Source: Chitinophagales bacterium
Lineage (GTDB): Bacteria > Bacteroidota > Bacteroidia > Chitinophagales > Chitinophagaceae
Assembly (NCBI GenBank): GCA_038328115.1
Contig: JBBQLS010000001.1
Coordinates: 8,568-72,567, forward strand
Length of the DNA: 64,000 nt
Direction of reading: 5' to 3'
The first letter of the stretch is position 1, and the number at the start of each line of letters is the position of its first letter. Below the pieces are notes generated by a model. It was not told the origin of the DNA, did not search any database, and was given only the letters and a program-made list of their open reading frames with translations. Made by a program: the position numbers and the translations under genes. Positions 9,800 through 19,028 of the stretch are shown here, in pieces.

Positions 9800-10561
9800 T
9801 TATTTCAAACTATTGATAATTGCCGCAAAATCAGCAGCAACAAGGCTTGCACCACCCACCAATCCTCCATCCACATCTGGCTGGCCAAAAATATCTTTTG
9901 CATTGTTTGCTTTTACACTTCCGCCATATAAAATAGAAATGCTATTAGCTATAGCAGCCCCATATTGTTTCGCCACTACGCTGCGGATATGTGCATGCAT
10001 TTCCTGCGCCTGTTCGTTACTGGCGGTTTTGCCCGTGCCAATTGCCCAGATGGGTTCGTAGGCAACTACAAAACCGGTTAATTGTTCAGCCGTTAAATGA
10101 AAAAGGCTTTCCTTTAATTGCGTTTCAACAAAACTATTTTGAATGTTAGCCTCTCTTATTGCCAAAGCTTCGCCGCAGCAAAAAATGGGCTTCAAACTAT
10201 TTTCAAGGCATATATCAATTTTTGCGGCCAGCATGGCATGGCTTTCATTAAAATATTCACGGCGCTCACTATGCCCAAGTATTACATAATCCACCGCAAT
10301 ACTTTTCAGCATCTCGGCACTTACTTCACCAGTATAAGCACCGCTTTTTTTATCGTAACAGTTTTGTGCAGCAACAAAAGCATGCTGCTTTCCGGCCAGT
10401 TTATTTTTTATGCTGATAAGATATGGAAATGGAACTCCAAAAACAGCTTCCTGGTTTTCCTTCAGTTCATGTGGAATGGCAATCAGTTCATCCATTAAGG
10501 TTTCTGCCTGTTGCAGGGTCAAGTTCATTTTCCAGTTTGCAGCTGCTATCTGTTTACGCAT
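9800..10561 (-). CDS. tpiA: Triosephosphate isomerase
   Basis: ANWKMN, GHSERR, AYEPIWAIGTG, YGGSV, VGGASL. Confidence 0.98.
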   Translation of the reverse strand: MRKQIAAANWKMNLTLQQAETLMDELIAIPHELKENQEAVFGVPFPYLISIKNKLAGKQHAFVAAQNCYDKKSGAYTGEVSAEMLKSIAVDYVILGHSERREYFNESHAMLAAKIDICLENSLKPIFCCGEALAIREANIQNSFVETQLKESLFHLTAEQLTGFVVAYEPIWAIGTGKTASNEQAQEMHAHIRSVVAKQYGAAIANSISILYGGSVKANNAKDIFGQPDVDGGLVGGASLVAADFAAIINSLK

Positions 10562-10575
10562 AAAAATTAATTTTG

Positions 10576-11655
10576 TTATTGGTTGTAAATATCCGTCAAA
10601 TTTTTTTTTTCTCTTTCAGAAATTGAACGTCCTTTTAATTTCTTCCAGTTATCAATATCGGCCAGTGCGTTATCTAATTTATATTTTGTTGTGCCATCTG
10701 CTCCCCACGAAAAATCAGGAATGTATGTAGGCGTAAGCCCCGCTGCAAATACATTACAGCATACACCTACAATGCTGCCGGTATTAAATGAAGTATTGAT
10801 AGCTGCCTTTGAATAATCTCCCATCAACAACCCACCTTTATTCCCCACGCCTATTTGCTTCTGTTCAGCATCCGACCAATACTTAACTTCTCCGGCTGTG
10901 TTTTTTAAGTTGCTGTTGCTGGTACCGGCACCCAGGTTACACCATTCGCCTAACACACTATCGCCTAAATAACCATCGTGTGCTTTGTTGCTGTAAGCAA
11001 ATAAAACCGAATTTTTTATTTCTCCACCAACTGTACAAAACGGACCAATGGTTGTTGCTCCATAAATCCTGGTTCCCATTTTAACTACGGCCCCTTCACA
11101 AATGGCTATTGGGCCTCTTAGTAAGCAACCTTCCATAATAATTGCATTTTTGCCTATGTAGATAGGCCCATCGGTGGCATTTAAAATACAGTGTTCAACT
11201 TTAGCAGCTTCCTCAATAAAAATATCTTTACTATTAATTGTTTTGTTAGAGTCAGGGATTATCTCTGTATTTCTCCCTTTAGTTATTAATGCAAAATCCT
11301 GGCGTAAAGCCCAATCATTGTGTCTGGTAATATCCCAGGGGTACTTAAGTAATTTTAATGTTGGATTTTCTACAATGCAAAATGCTTTCTGGTTGGTAAT
11401 TTCAAGGGTTTTTTTTATATCCCGAATACAATTTTCATCTGCAATTATGTTTGCCGGTAATTGTAAAGGCTGTTCTTTTTTATCAGGATATTTTTCAGAA
11501 TACTCTTCGTTACTGTCAAAAACTTCGTGTTTATTGTTATAAAGTATTCTTTCCCTGATGGTTAAAATACCTACACGGATATCTGCGGCATGCCTCGTTT
11601 TTGTAAAAGGGAAGAGTTTATTTTTTACCAACCTGTTATCTAAGATAATTTTCAT
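10576..11655 (-). CDS. Putative sugar nucleotidyltransferase / GlmU-like hexapeptide-repeat protein
   Basis: PFTKTR..DIRVGILTIRE N-terminus; left-handed beta-helix with NKAHDGYLGDSVLGEWCNLGAGT. Confidence 0.85.
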   Translation of the reverse strand: MKIILDNRLVKNKLFPFTKTRHAADIRVGILTIRERILYNNKHEVFDSNEEYSEKYPDKKEQPLQLPANIIADENCIRDIKKTLEITNQKAFCIVENPTLKLLKYPWDITRHNDWALRQDFALITKGRNTEIIPDSNKTINSKDIFIEEAAKVEHCILNATDGPIYIGKNAIIMEGCLLRGPIAICEGAVVKMGTRIYGATTIGPFCTVGGEIKNSVLFAYSNKAHDGYLGDSVLGEWCNLGAGTSNSNLKNTAGEVKYWSDAEQKQIGVGNKGGLLMGDYSKAAINTSFNTGSIVGVCCNVFAAGLTPTYIPDFSWGADGTTKYKLDNALADIDNWKKLKGRSISEREKKNLTDIYNQ

Positions 11656-11715
11656 TGTTGCTAAATTACAAAGTCTGAAACTGATAATGAAGAAAGCGAA
11701 AGAAACTTTGTTCAG

Positions 11716-11795
11716 GATTGCAAAGATTTAAATCTAACACAGATTTAAATCCTTTTTTATTTCATCCGTGTAAATCTGTGCAATCCGTGGCTAAA
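11716..11795. repeat. 9-mer-periodic imperfect inverted repeat
   Basis: caaagattt..cacagattt versus atccgtgta/aatctgtgc/aatccgtgg; same family as 63837-63915. Confidence 0.5.
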
Positions 11796-11884
11796 AAACA
11801 AAAATCCCCCCGGAGAACCGGAGGGACTTAAAGTATAGCCATGAAAAACAAACTTGAAAATAAAGATAATGATCTCTATTTAAA

Positions 11885-12139
11885 TTATTTATCCTTTTTT
11901 GCGTAGCGCTTGTTGAATTTATCAATTCTTCCTGCTGTATCTACCAGTACATTTTTACCGGTATAAAAAGGATGAGAAGTATTTGAAATCTCCAGTTTAA
12001 TTACCGGATACTCGTTACCATCTTCGTAAGTTACTGTTTCTTTTGATCCAGCGGTTGAACGACTTAAGAACTGGGTACCGTTACTCATGTCTTTAAAAAC
12101 AACCAACCTGTAATTTCCCGGGTGAATTCCTTGCTTCAT
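11885..12139 (-). CDS. rpmE2: 50S ribosomal protein L31 type B (Zn-free)
   Basis: [31 protein letters not shown]; no Cys ligands. Confidence 0.95.
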   Translation of the reverse strand: MKQGIHPGNYRLVVFKDMSNGTQFLSRSTAGSKETVTYEDGNEYPVIKLEISNTSHPFYTGKNVLVDTAGRIDKFNKRYAKKDK

Positions 12140-12230
12140 ATTTTTTAAGTTTAGCGTACGGGTTTTGCCGTACAGTTTTTTAATAAGGGGACAAAACTAA
12201 GCTTTTCTGAGTTAAAAACGGTTGAAAAAA

Positions 12231-12345
12231 TGGATAATGTTATAATGGATAATTTATAATGCCTTCTGTTAAGGCCGCTTCCTATATTGAAAACCAGCTT
12301 TGATTTTAATAAATTATCCATTATCCACTAACCAATTATCAATTA
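12231..12345. repeat. Heptamer-periodic inverted repeat (TGGATAA / TTATCCA)
   Basis: tggataa-tgttataa-tggataa-tttataa ... aattatcc-attatcc-actaacc-aattatc. Confidence 0.55.
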
Positions 12346-12348
12346 AAG

Positions 12349-12840
12349 CTAGCTTTTCATGTTTATATATTGCAGGGCAATTCCCACATTCCAGCTTTTG
12401 CTAGCCTGTATAACCTCTTGCAGATCGTCAATTTTTTTACCGGTAACCCGAATAATATCGTCCATAATAGCAACCTGTACCTTCAGGCCGCTGTCTTTTA
12501 TTATCTTAACGATCTTCTTGGCATCTTCCTGCTTAATGCCGTTTCTTACAGGCACTTCTTTTTTTGTTACTTTTCCGCTCGGATAAGGTTCTTTACTCAG
12601 ATCGTACACTTCAGCTGCCAGGCCCTGTTTCATGCTACGGCTTATCAGCACATCAATAATTTGTTGAATTTTCATATCGCTGTCGGCTTCCAGGTTTACT
12701 TTAAAATCTTTTTTATTAAGATCAATTACCACATGAGAACCCTTAAAATCGAACCGGTTGGTAATTTCTTTACTTACGGTGTTGATAGCATTATCGAGCG
12801 TTTGCAGATCAACTTTACTTACAAGATCAAATGAAGGCAT
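12349..12840 (-). CDS. yajQ: YajQ family nucleotide/c-di-GMP-binding protein
   Basis: MPSFDLVS..NRFDFKG..RVTGKKIDDLQ; the true start is MPSF at 12840. Confidence 0.95.
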   Translation of the reverse strand: MPSFDLVSKVDLQTLDNAINTVSKEITNRFDFKGSHVVIDLNKKDFKVNLEADSDMKIQQIIDVLISRSMKQGLAAEVYDLSKEPYPSGKVTKKEVPVRNGIKQEDAKKIVKIIKDSGLKVQVAIMDDIIRVTGKKIDDLQEVIQASKSWNVGIALQYINMKS

Positions 12841-12868
12841 GGCAGTTGTTTTCACAAAAATATCAAAT

Positions 12869-12959
12869 AATGTTGAATGTACGAATGGCGAATATCGAAC
12901 GGGGCCTAATTTGGTCAAACATTCGATATTCGCACATTAGATATTCAATATTCAACATT
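12869..12959. repeat. Heptamer-periodic long inverted repeat (GAATATC / ATTCGAT family)
   Basis: aatgttg-aatgtac-gaatggc-gaatatc-gaac ... attcgat-attcgca-cattaga-tattcaa-tattcaa-catt. Confidence 0.6.
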
Positions 12960-12963
12960 GTTA

Positions 12964-15456
12964 TTAGTTACCGCTTTTCACCCTATTCTGCTCATCGCTT
13001 GCGCCACTATTTCTTTTGCTGCTGCTTGCTTTCAGTTTGCCTTTGTTGAACCGATAGGTAAAGGTTAAACTAACCGCACGGCTGTCGTTCACATTTTTAA
13101 AATCAGCATCTACCGTGCCGTACTTGCTGTAACCTTTAAATACACTGCCGGCAAAAATATCTCGTACATTCAACCGGATGCTTCCCTGGTTCTTTAATAT
13201 CTGCTTGCTTACGCCTGCATTTACCTGTGCCATTGGCTTGATGTAGATCACACCTTCCAATCCCTTTGAACGGTAGAAGCCACTTAATTCTGCAGCCCAA
13301 CCTTTACCAAATTTAAATTGTTGCTGTACCTGCGCCATAAATGTTGTAATGCCTATGGATATTTGCTCGTTATTAACCAGCCCCTTAAAATGGTTGTTGT
13401 ACACACTGGCGTAGATATTACCACTCCACCACTTAGTTATTGATTTGTTGGCGGTAACCTCTAAACCAATCTGGTTAGCGCTTGCTATGTTAGCTTTCTT
13501 GATATAAGTTTCATTGGTTTGGTCATTTTGTTCCAGCACCTGCTGAATGATGTCATTGGTAGTTGTATAATTTACCGTAGTGGTTAAAAATCCTTTGTAG
13601 GTATGGCTCAGCTCAATATTATGAGAGAACTGAGGGCTGATGTTTGGATTACCCTGCTCAAAAGTATACCTGTCCAGGAAGTGAACAAACGGATTCATAT
13701 CCTCATAATCCGGCCTTTTAATTCTGCGTCCGTAGTTAATGACAAACTGGTTCTTTTCGTTGGCAGTGTATTGCAGGTAAACCGTAGGAAACAACTGGGT
13801 GTAAGATCTTTTAAACGTTGTTTCGGTGTACTCAAATTTATCTTGTGCAGCATTAAATGTATAGCCCTTAGAAATGCCATTCGAATTGGTATTTTCAACC
13901 CGTAACCCCAACTGTGCAGTCCATTTTTTTCCCAACGGCCTGCTGTAGTTTACATAGGCGGCATTAATATTCTCATCATAAATAAAATGATTGCTACGGG
14001 CACTGTCTAAAACTGAGTAGCCGGTTTTCAGGCTGTCGTAACGGGCATTGTTATCATTGGTTACAAAGCTGGTTTTAAAACCTGCTTCAAACTTTGCATC
14101 TTTTTTTAAAGGCAATGTATAATCAACCTTACCGCTGTATATTTTTATATTGGTAGGCAATGTTCCTTTTAAAACATCAGGTGCCTGCTTAAGGTTACCC
14201 ATATTATCGTAGTAAGAACTGGTTAGCGGTTGCACACTGGTTGCTTTATACTGAATAAAATCCAGATCGGCTGAAAGCTCCTGCCCTGCTGTATCCAGCT
14301 TGGTTCTAAAATTAAAATTAGAGCTGAAGTTTTTCCACTTTTCCTTGTTTTCGGTACTGGCGGTTGTAATGCCTGTTAAGTTATGATTTGGATCGTAGAT
14401 ATAAGTGCTGGTATTGCTCTCCCATAGGCTTGGATTATAAAAGCCATTTAACACAACTCCAATGGTCGTATTTTTTGATACCGTATAATCTACACCTGCT
14501 TTTGCACTATAATTATGATTTTGATTGATCATATCGGTTTGCTGATCAAAAATAGACTTGATGTTTTTAGTATTGGCATCCCGAAAATTTCTGATGATGT
14601 ACAGTTCCTGGCTGCGATGATTGCGGTTGTAATTTAAGTTACTGAAAAAATTCACTTTTTTATTGCGATAATTGAAACTTAAAGCTTCATTAAAACGAGC
14701 ATATCTGCCTTGTGTGTAACCGGTTGTTATGTTACCATTATAACCAAACATTTTGTTCTTTTTGGTTTTGATGTTTATAACACCTGCGTTACCTGCTGCA
14801 TCATATTTTGCAGGAGGATTGGTCATTATTTCAATCTGCTCCAACTGGCTGGCAGTCATATTGCGCAGCATGTTAGCCAGATCAGGACCACTTAAATAAC
14901 TTGGACGCCCATCAATATAAACAATAACACCTGCCTTTCCCTTCATGCTGATGTTTCCGTCTTTATCAACAGAAATACCTGGCGATTTCTCCAAAACTTC
15001 CAAAGCAGTGCTTCCGGTGCTGGTGATGGATGCATCAACATTTACAATTGTTCTGTCAAGCTTTCTTTCAATCAACGGCTTTTTAGCAGTTACCGAAACT
15101 TCCTTCAAGGCTTTTTCTTCGGGAATCAATTGCAAAACTCCAACGTTAGCTGAAAGTGCCGTTGAAGAAATGCCAATTGCCTGACTGTAAGATTTTGAAT
15201 GGCCGATTGAAGTTGCCAGCACCAGGTAATTTCCTTCCTTCACATTTTCGAAAGAAAAATTACCGGAATTGTCTGTTACTGCAACCTTAACCAGGCTACT
15301 GTCTTTGGCTTTAAGAAGAGAAACAGAAGCTGCATCAATGATTTTTTGATTGCCTCCGTCTTTAATACTTCCGGAGATTTTTCCGCCGTTGGCGGATTGG
15401 GCAAAACTGGACATGCCAATGGCAGTGGCAGCCAGCAGGCTGAATAATTTTTTCAT
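12964..15456 (-). CDS. TonB-dependent receptor / outer-membrane beta-barrel with N-terminal carboxypeptidase-regulatory-like domain
   Basis: Signal peptide, plug motifs (LEKSPG; IEIMTNPPAKYDAAGNAGVINI), beta-barrel. Confidence 0.9.
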   Translation of the reverse strand: MKKLFSLLAATAIGMSSFAQSANGGKISGSIKDGGNQKIIDAASVSLLKAKDSSLVKVAVTDNSGNFSFENVKEGNYLVLATSIGHSKSYSQAIGISSTALSANVGVLQLIPEEKALKEVSVTAKKPLIERKLDRTIVNVDASITSTGSTALEVLEKSPGISVDKDGNISMKGKAGVIVYIDGRPSYLSGPDLANMLRNMTASQLEQIEIMTNPPAKYDAAGNAGVINIKTKKNKMFGYNGNITTGYTQGRYARFNEALSFNYRNKKVNFFSNLNYNRNHRSQELYIIRNFRDANTKNIKSIFDQQTDMINQNHNYSAKAGVDYTVSKNTTIGVVLNGFYNPSLWESNTSTYIYDPNHNLTGITTASTENKEKWKNFSSNFNFRTKLDTAGQELSADLDFIQYKATSVQPLTSSYYDNMGNLKQAPDVLKGTLPTNIKIYSGKVDYTLPLKKDAKFEAGFKTSFVTNDNNARYDSLKTGYSVLDSARSNHFIYDENINAAYVNYSRPLGKKWTAQLGLRVENTNSNGISKGYTFNAAQDKFEYTETTFKRSYTQLFPTVYLQYTANEKNQFVINYGRRIKRPDYEDMNPFVHFLDRYTFEQGNPNISPQFSHNIELSHTYKGFLTTTVNYTTTNDIIQQVLEQNDQTNETYIKKANIASANQIGLEVTANKSITKWWSGNIYASVYNNHFKGLVNNEQISIGITTFMAQVQQQFKFGKGWAAELSGFYRSKGLEGVIYIKPMAQVNAGVSKQILKNQGSIRLNVRDIFAGSVFKGYSKYGTVDADFKNVNDSRAVSLTFTYRFNKGKLKASSSKRNSGASDEQNRVKSGN

Positions 15457-15538
15457 GGCTATACTTTTTGTTTTTAAACCCGAATGGCTATCGGGCGTTT
15501 TTTAAAATAATCAGTTATATACTTTGATAACTACTTCA

Positions 15539-15568
15539 CAAAAGTAGGTACTATGCGTTACATAGTAC
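15539..15568 (-). promoter_or_regulatory. Promoter -7 box (TACTTTTG) with adjacent palindromic operator GTACTATG-N5-CATAGTAC
   Basis: Perfect 8-bp inverted repeat at 15548-15568 directly upstream of the -7 box of the receptor gene. Confidence 0.6.
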
Positions 15569-15675
15569 ATTGTTTGATACTGAACGGTAAATATCAAGGA
15601 TATTTGGTTATACCCCCGTATACGTTAAACAAACCCAAAGGTTACAGGCTGAGAAAGAAAAGAAATTATGTTGAC

Positions 15676-17013
15676 TTAAGATTTAAATGCGGATCTTCTT
15701 TTTACAATAATAATCAATATAAGCCCAGCCAAAACTAGGCAGGCAGATATTAACTCGGCTTGTGTAGGATGAAAACTAAATATAGAATAGGTATTATTTA
15801 CCCGGATAAGTTCTACAGTAAACCTTTCTATTCCATTTAAAATGAGATAGATACCAAACATTACACCGGGTGTTGTTACCCGTTTTCTAACCGCCCATAA
15901 CATCAGGAACAACAGGGTACAAACAATGGTTTCGTAAAAGGGGGTAGGAAAAACCGGTTGTGGCAAAGCACGACAATGCTCTTCATAACAGCCTTTAATT
16001 CGCACTCCGTCTTTATTTACATTATTGGGGTATGTGTAAGCAAAAAGCCATGTTGGCAAAAAAGATGGGCCTTTAAACAATTTATGCGGCACTTTTTCAA
16101 GGCTTTCGTACCTGCGGTCGGTAACATAAACCAATGAATCCTGGCCCAAACTACTTTTATCAATTACAGCACCATCTAAATAATAGGCCTTGTATTTATT
16201 AAGTTGATTCTGGTAATCACCAGCACTGGCTTCTACCACCTTTCCCTCGGCATTAACCACATAAGCGCTGTTGAATACGCCCCAATCGCCATCGCCCGAA
16301 ACCTGGCACCCAATACGGCCAACAGCATAAGCAAGCAAAAGCGCAAGGCCTGCAGCATCTACTAAATGAATAATCTTTATTCCCTTTTTTGAAGCATACC
16401 AACAAATGGCAATAGCTGCCAGAATTAAACCGCCGTAAAAAGTGAGCCCGCTAGCCGAAAATAAACGGGCAATCGGATCTTTAACAAAATCACTCCAGTT
16501 TTCCAGGTTGTCAAAAAGCTTGGCGCCAATAATTCCGAATATCAAACCAAGTATAATAATGTCTCCCACCCTGTCATGCGGCCAGATACGTACATTGCGC
16601 CTTTCGGGTTCTTTAAGCTTTTGTTTATTCTTATCGTACCATTTAAACCAGGCTAAAAGGCCTCCCAACAATAAACCGCCAATCAAATTCCCTTGCGAAG
16701 AAAATATATAATCCTGCGGGTTTACTTCTACGGGCTTACTAATAAAGAGACCGAAAATTTTATAGCCGAAAATAAAGCCAACAATGCCATTGATAAGTAT
16801 TTCTAAAATGGAGGCAGGTTTTCCAACGATGATCATTTCTTCCCTGGGCGATAAAAGTCCCTGCTTTTCTTTGCGCTGTAATTCTTTACTTAAAACAATG
16901 GCAGCCGTTACAAAGCCCATGGCTACCATTAGGCCGAATGTATTTAAGAAGCTTAACCCATGCCACTTTACACCAAACCAGTCTTTAAAAATATAGTATA
17001 AGTTGGGATACAT
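15676..17013 (-). CDS. lgt: Prolipoprotein diacylglyceryl transferase (extended form)
   Basis: GLTFYGG, GRIGCQVSGDGDWG, PTPFYE, ERFTVELIR; contains a large soluble insertion. Confidence 0.9.
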   Translation of the reverse strand: MYPNLYYIFKDWFGVKWHGLSFLNTFGLMVAMGFVTAAIVLSKELQRKEKQGLLSPREEMIIVGKPASILEILINGIVGFIFGYKIFGLFISKPVEVNPQDYIFSSQGNLIGGLLLGGLLAWFKWYDKNKQKLKEPERRNVRIWPHDRVGDIIILGLIFGIIGAKLFDNLENWSDFVKDPIARLFSASGLTFYGGLILAAIAICWYASKKGIKIIHLVDAAGLALLLAYAVGRIGCQVSGDGDWGVFNSAYVVNAEGKVVEASAGDYQNQLNKYKAYYLDGAVIDKSSLGQDSLVYVTDRRYESLEKVPHKLFKGPSFLPTWLFAYTYPNNVNKDGVRIKGCYEEHCRALPQPVFPTPFYETIVCTLLFLMLWAVRKRVTTPGVMFGIYLILNGIERFTVELIRVNNTYSIFSFHPTQAELISACLVLAGLILIIIVKRRSAFKS

Positions 17014-17164
17014 CTACTTGTTTGAGGTTTATAAAATTCGGACTGCAATATACTGATTCGCACAATATTAGTGAATTAAAGGTGCTAAGTATAAACAATT
17101 GTGATTATAATACAAAGCCTCCCGTTTAAACAGGAGGCTTTTATGGTACTTACTAATTGTGCTA

Positions 17165-17581
17165 TTAATTACAATGCTGTTCAAATGCGCCAATGAGGTT
17201 CTCTGCTATCATTTGTGCACTGCGACCTTCAATATTGTGGCGCTCAATAAAATGAACCAGTTTGCCATCTTTAAACAACGCAATGGCTGGTGAAGATGGT
17301 GGATAAGGCATTAAATGTTCCCTAATTTTATTTACTGCTTCAATATCGAAACCGGCAAAGCTGGTGGTGATATGGTCGGGCTTTTTTGGCGTGTTATGCA
17401 CAGCCATCAGCACACCCGGCCTTGCAGTACCAGCGCTGCAACCGCAAACCGAATTGATCATTACCAACGTGGTGCCTTTTTCGGCCAGGGTATTTTCTAC
17501 AGCTTCGGCAGTTAACAGTTCAGAAAATCCGTTTTCTGTTAACTCTTCTTTCATTGGAATTACTATTTCTTCTGGATACAT
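17165..17581 (-). CDS. BrxA/BrxB family bacilliredoxin
   Basis: NSVCGCSAG (CGC motif), PPSSPAIALFKDG, RHNIEGR. Confidence 0.93.
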   Translation of the reverse strand: MYPEEIVIPMKEELTENGFSELLTAEAVENTLAEKGTTLVMINSVCGCSAGTARPGVLMAVHNTPKKPDHITTSFAGFDIEAVNKIREHLMPYPPSSPAIALFKDGKLVHFIERHNIEGRSAQMIAENLIGAFEQHCN

Positions 17582-17708
17582 ATCTTACTTGTTTTTTTAG
17601 AATGTAAAATTACATACTTCCGGCAAAAAACATTCAACTCCTTCAATGTATTCCCAATATCGAAATTGCTAAAAAAGGGCCATTATGTCACTATGCTATT
17701 TCAAAACA

Positions 17709-17779
17709 AGACACAATGTCTGTAAAATTATACTCATTTTGAAAATTTGTCCGCAAAAACGGGTTGGAATATTATTTGA
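17709..17779 (+). promoter_or_regulatory. Putative sigma-54-type promoter of hsp20 with upstream inverted repeat
   Basis: TTGGAATATTATTTGA (GG-N10-GA) at 17764-17779; AGACA-caa-TGTCT at 17709-17721. Confidence 0.4.
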
Positions 17780-17828
17780 AGGTAGTGAGTGAGCGTTTAA
17801 AAATTTAAAACCTAAAAATAATAAAGCT

Positions 17829-18269
17829 ATGACATTCGTAAAAGTTAACAGCCCGATGAACAAAACCTTTGATGGTTTAATGAATGAATTATTTAACGAA
17901 TTGCCGGTAAACTTTGGTAAATCAATCAGGGAAGATGTTTTGCATTTTCCGCCTGCCAACATTCTTGAAAAGACAGATCAATACAAAATTGAACTGGCTG
18001 CTCCCGGTATGGAAAAAGCAGATTTTAATGTAAAGCTGGATGGAAAAATTTTAACCATCAGTGCCGAAAAGAAAGCAGAAACTACGACGGAAAATGAAAA
18101 AATGATCCGTAAGGAGTTCGGTTACAAGTCTTTTAAACGCAGCTTTACGCTGGATGAAAAGATTGATGCAACCAATATTACAGCAAAGTACGAAAACGGA
18201 ATTTTAACCCTGGAGCTTCCTAAAAAAGAAGAAGTGAAAGGTGGAGCTAAAGAAATTACTATTCAATAA
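17829..18269 (+). CDS. Hsp20/alpha-crystallin small heat-shock protein
   Basis: ELAAPG, SFKRSFTL, AKYENGILTLELPK. Confidence 0.96.
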   Translation: MTFVKVNSPMNKTFDGLMNELFNELPVNFGKSIREDVLHFPPANILEKTDQYKIELAAPGMEKADFNVKLDGKILTISAEKKAETTTENEKMIRKEFGYKSFKRSFTLDEKIDATNITAKYENGILTLELPKKEEVKGGAKEITIQ

Positions 18270-18307
18270 GCATAGTTTTTTTCATAAATACATACAGTTG
18301 GTTTGGT

Positions 18308-18324
18308 TCCCGATTTTATCGGGA
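18308..18324. repeat. REP-like palindrome TCCCGAT-TTT-ATCGGGA
   Basis: Same 7-bp arms as the palindrome in the tRNA-like copy at 35620-35638; lies just before the hsp20 terminator (18326-18362). Confidence 0.6.
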
Positions 18325-18481
18325 GAAAGTTCCTCCTATTCTTAGGAGGGGCTTTTATTTTTTGTCTTCGGCAAAAAGAAGATTGCCACTGGGGCACGGA
18401 ATCACAGAAACTGGTAAATGTATTTTTCTGTGCTTCAGTGCTTCTGTGGCAATATTAAAATCCACACAGTGGATTTCCTTA

Positions 18482-18952
18482 TTATTCGCAGTTATTTTTT
18501 CTACGGGTATCAAGTATGTATTGAATTTTCCATTCATTATTCAAACGTACCAACTGAAACGAGTTTACTCCACAGCTATAAAATTTTCCGTTAAAATATA
18601 ATTTGAAGGGCGTCCATACAGCGGCCATAGGCCCATCAATTTTAAAATCTTTAAAAACAATCTGTTCGTCGGCAGCACCTGGAGAGATGGTAGCTATAAT
18701 TTTTGCAAAATCGCCTGGACTATCAGTAGTGATGATAGTTTTACCTTCTTTGTTCTTGCTAAAGGTTTGCATAAAAGCTGTTTCGGTAAAGCATTCTTTT
18801 ACCATTGTAGTGTCGCTGTTTTTAATACCGGTAAACATTTTTTTGATCACAGTTTTTATTGAGTCTTCGGCATTTTGTGCATATGCTGCACTGCCTTTAA
18901 TTAAGATTGATAAAAGCAATAATAGAAAGAATTTATTAAGCTTGTTTAGCAT
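18482..18952 (-). CDS. Secreted NTF2-like (SnoaL/lumazine-binding-like) protein
   Basis: Signal peptide; IDGPMAAVWTPF..FY..CGVNSFQL..WKI..I.DTRR. Confidence 0.85.
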   Translation of the reverse strand: MLNKLNKFFLLLLLSILIKGSAAYAQNAEDSIKTVIKKMFTGIKNSDTTMVKECFTETAFMQTFSKNKEGKTIITTDSPGDFAKIIATISPGAADEQIVFKDFKIDGPMAAVWTPFKLYFNGKFYSCGVNSFQLVRLNNEWKIQYILDTRRKNNCE

Positions 18953-19028
18953 GGCAGGCCTTTTAATGAGCAATAAAAATAGGCAACACCAAGTTTGCCT
19001 ATTATAAAATTACATGAGTGGTCACGCA

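Noticed and set aside
12841-12918. N-terminal extensions in the ORF track (yajQ, speA, secDF, ABC-F, DUF5686 protein)
   Set aside because: They arise from upstream alternative start codons and run through promoter boxes or repeats. Family alignment by eye favours the downstream ATGs used here.
17165-17581. Bacilliredoxin outside Firmicutes as a novelty
   Set aside because: BrxA/BrxB homologues and bacillithiol-type thiols are already known in Bacteroidota.
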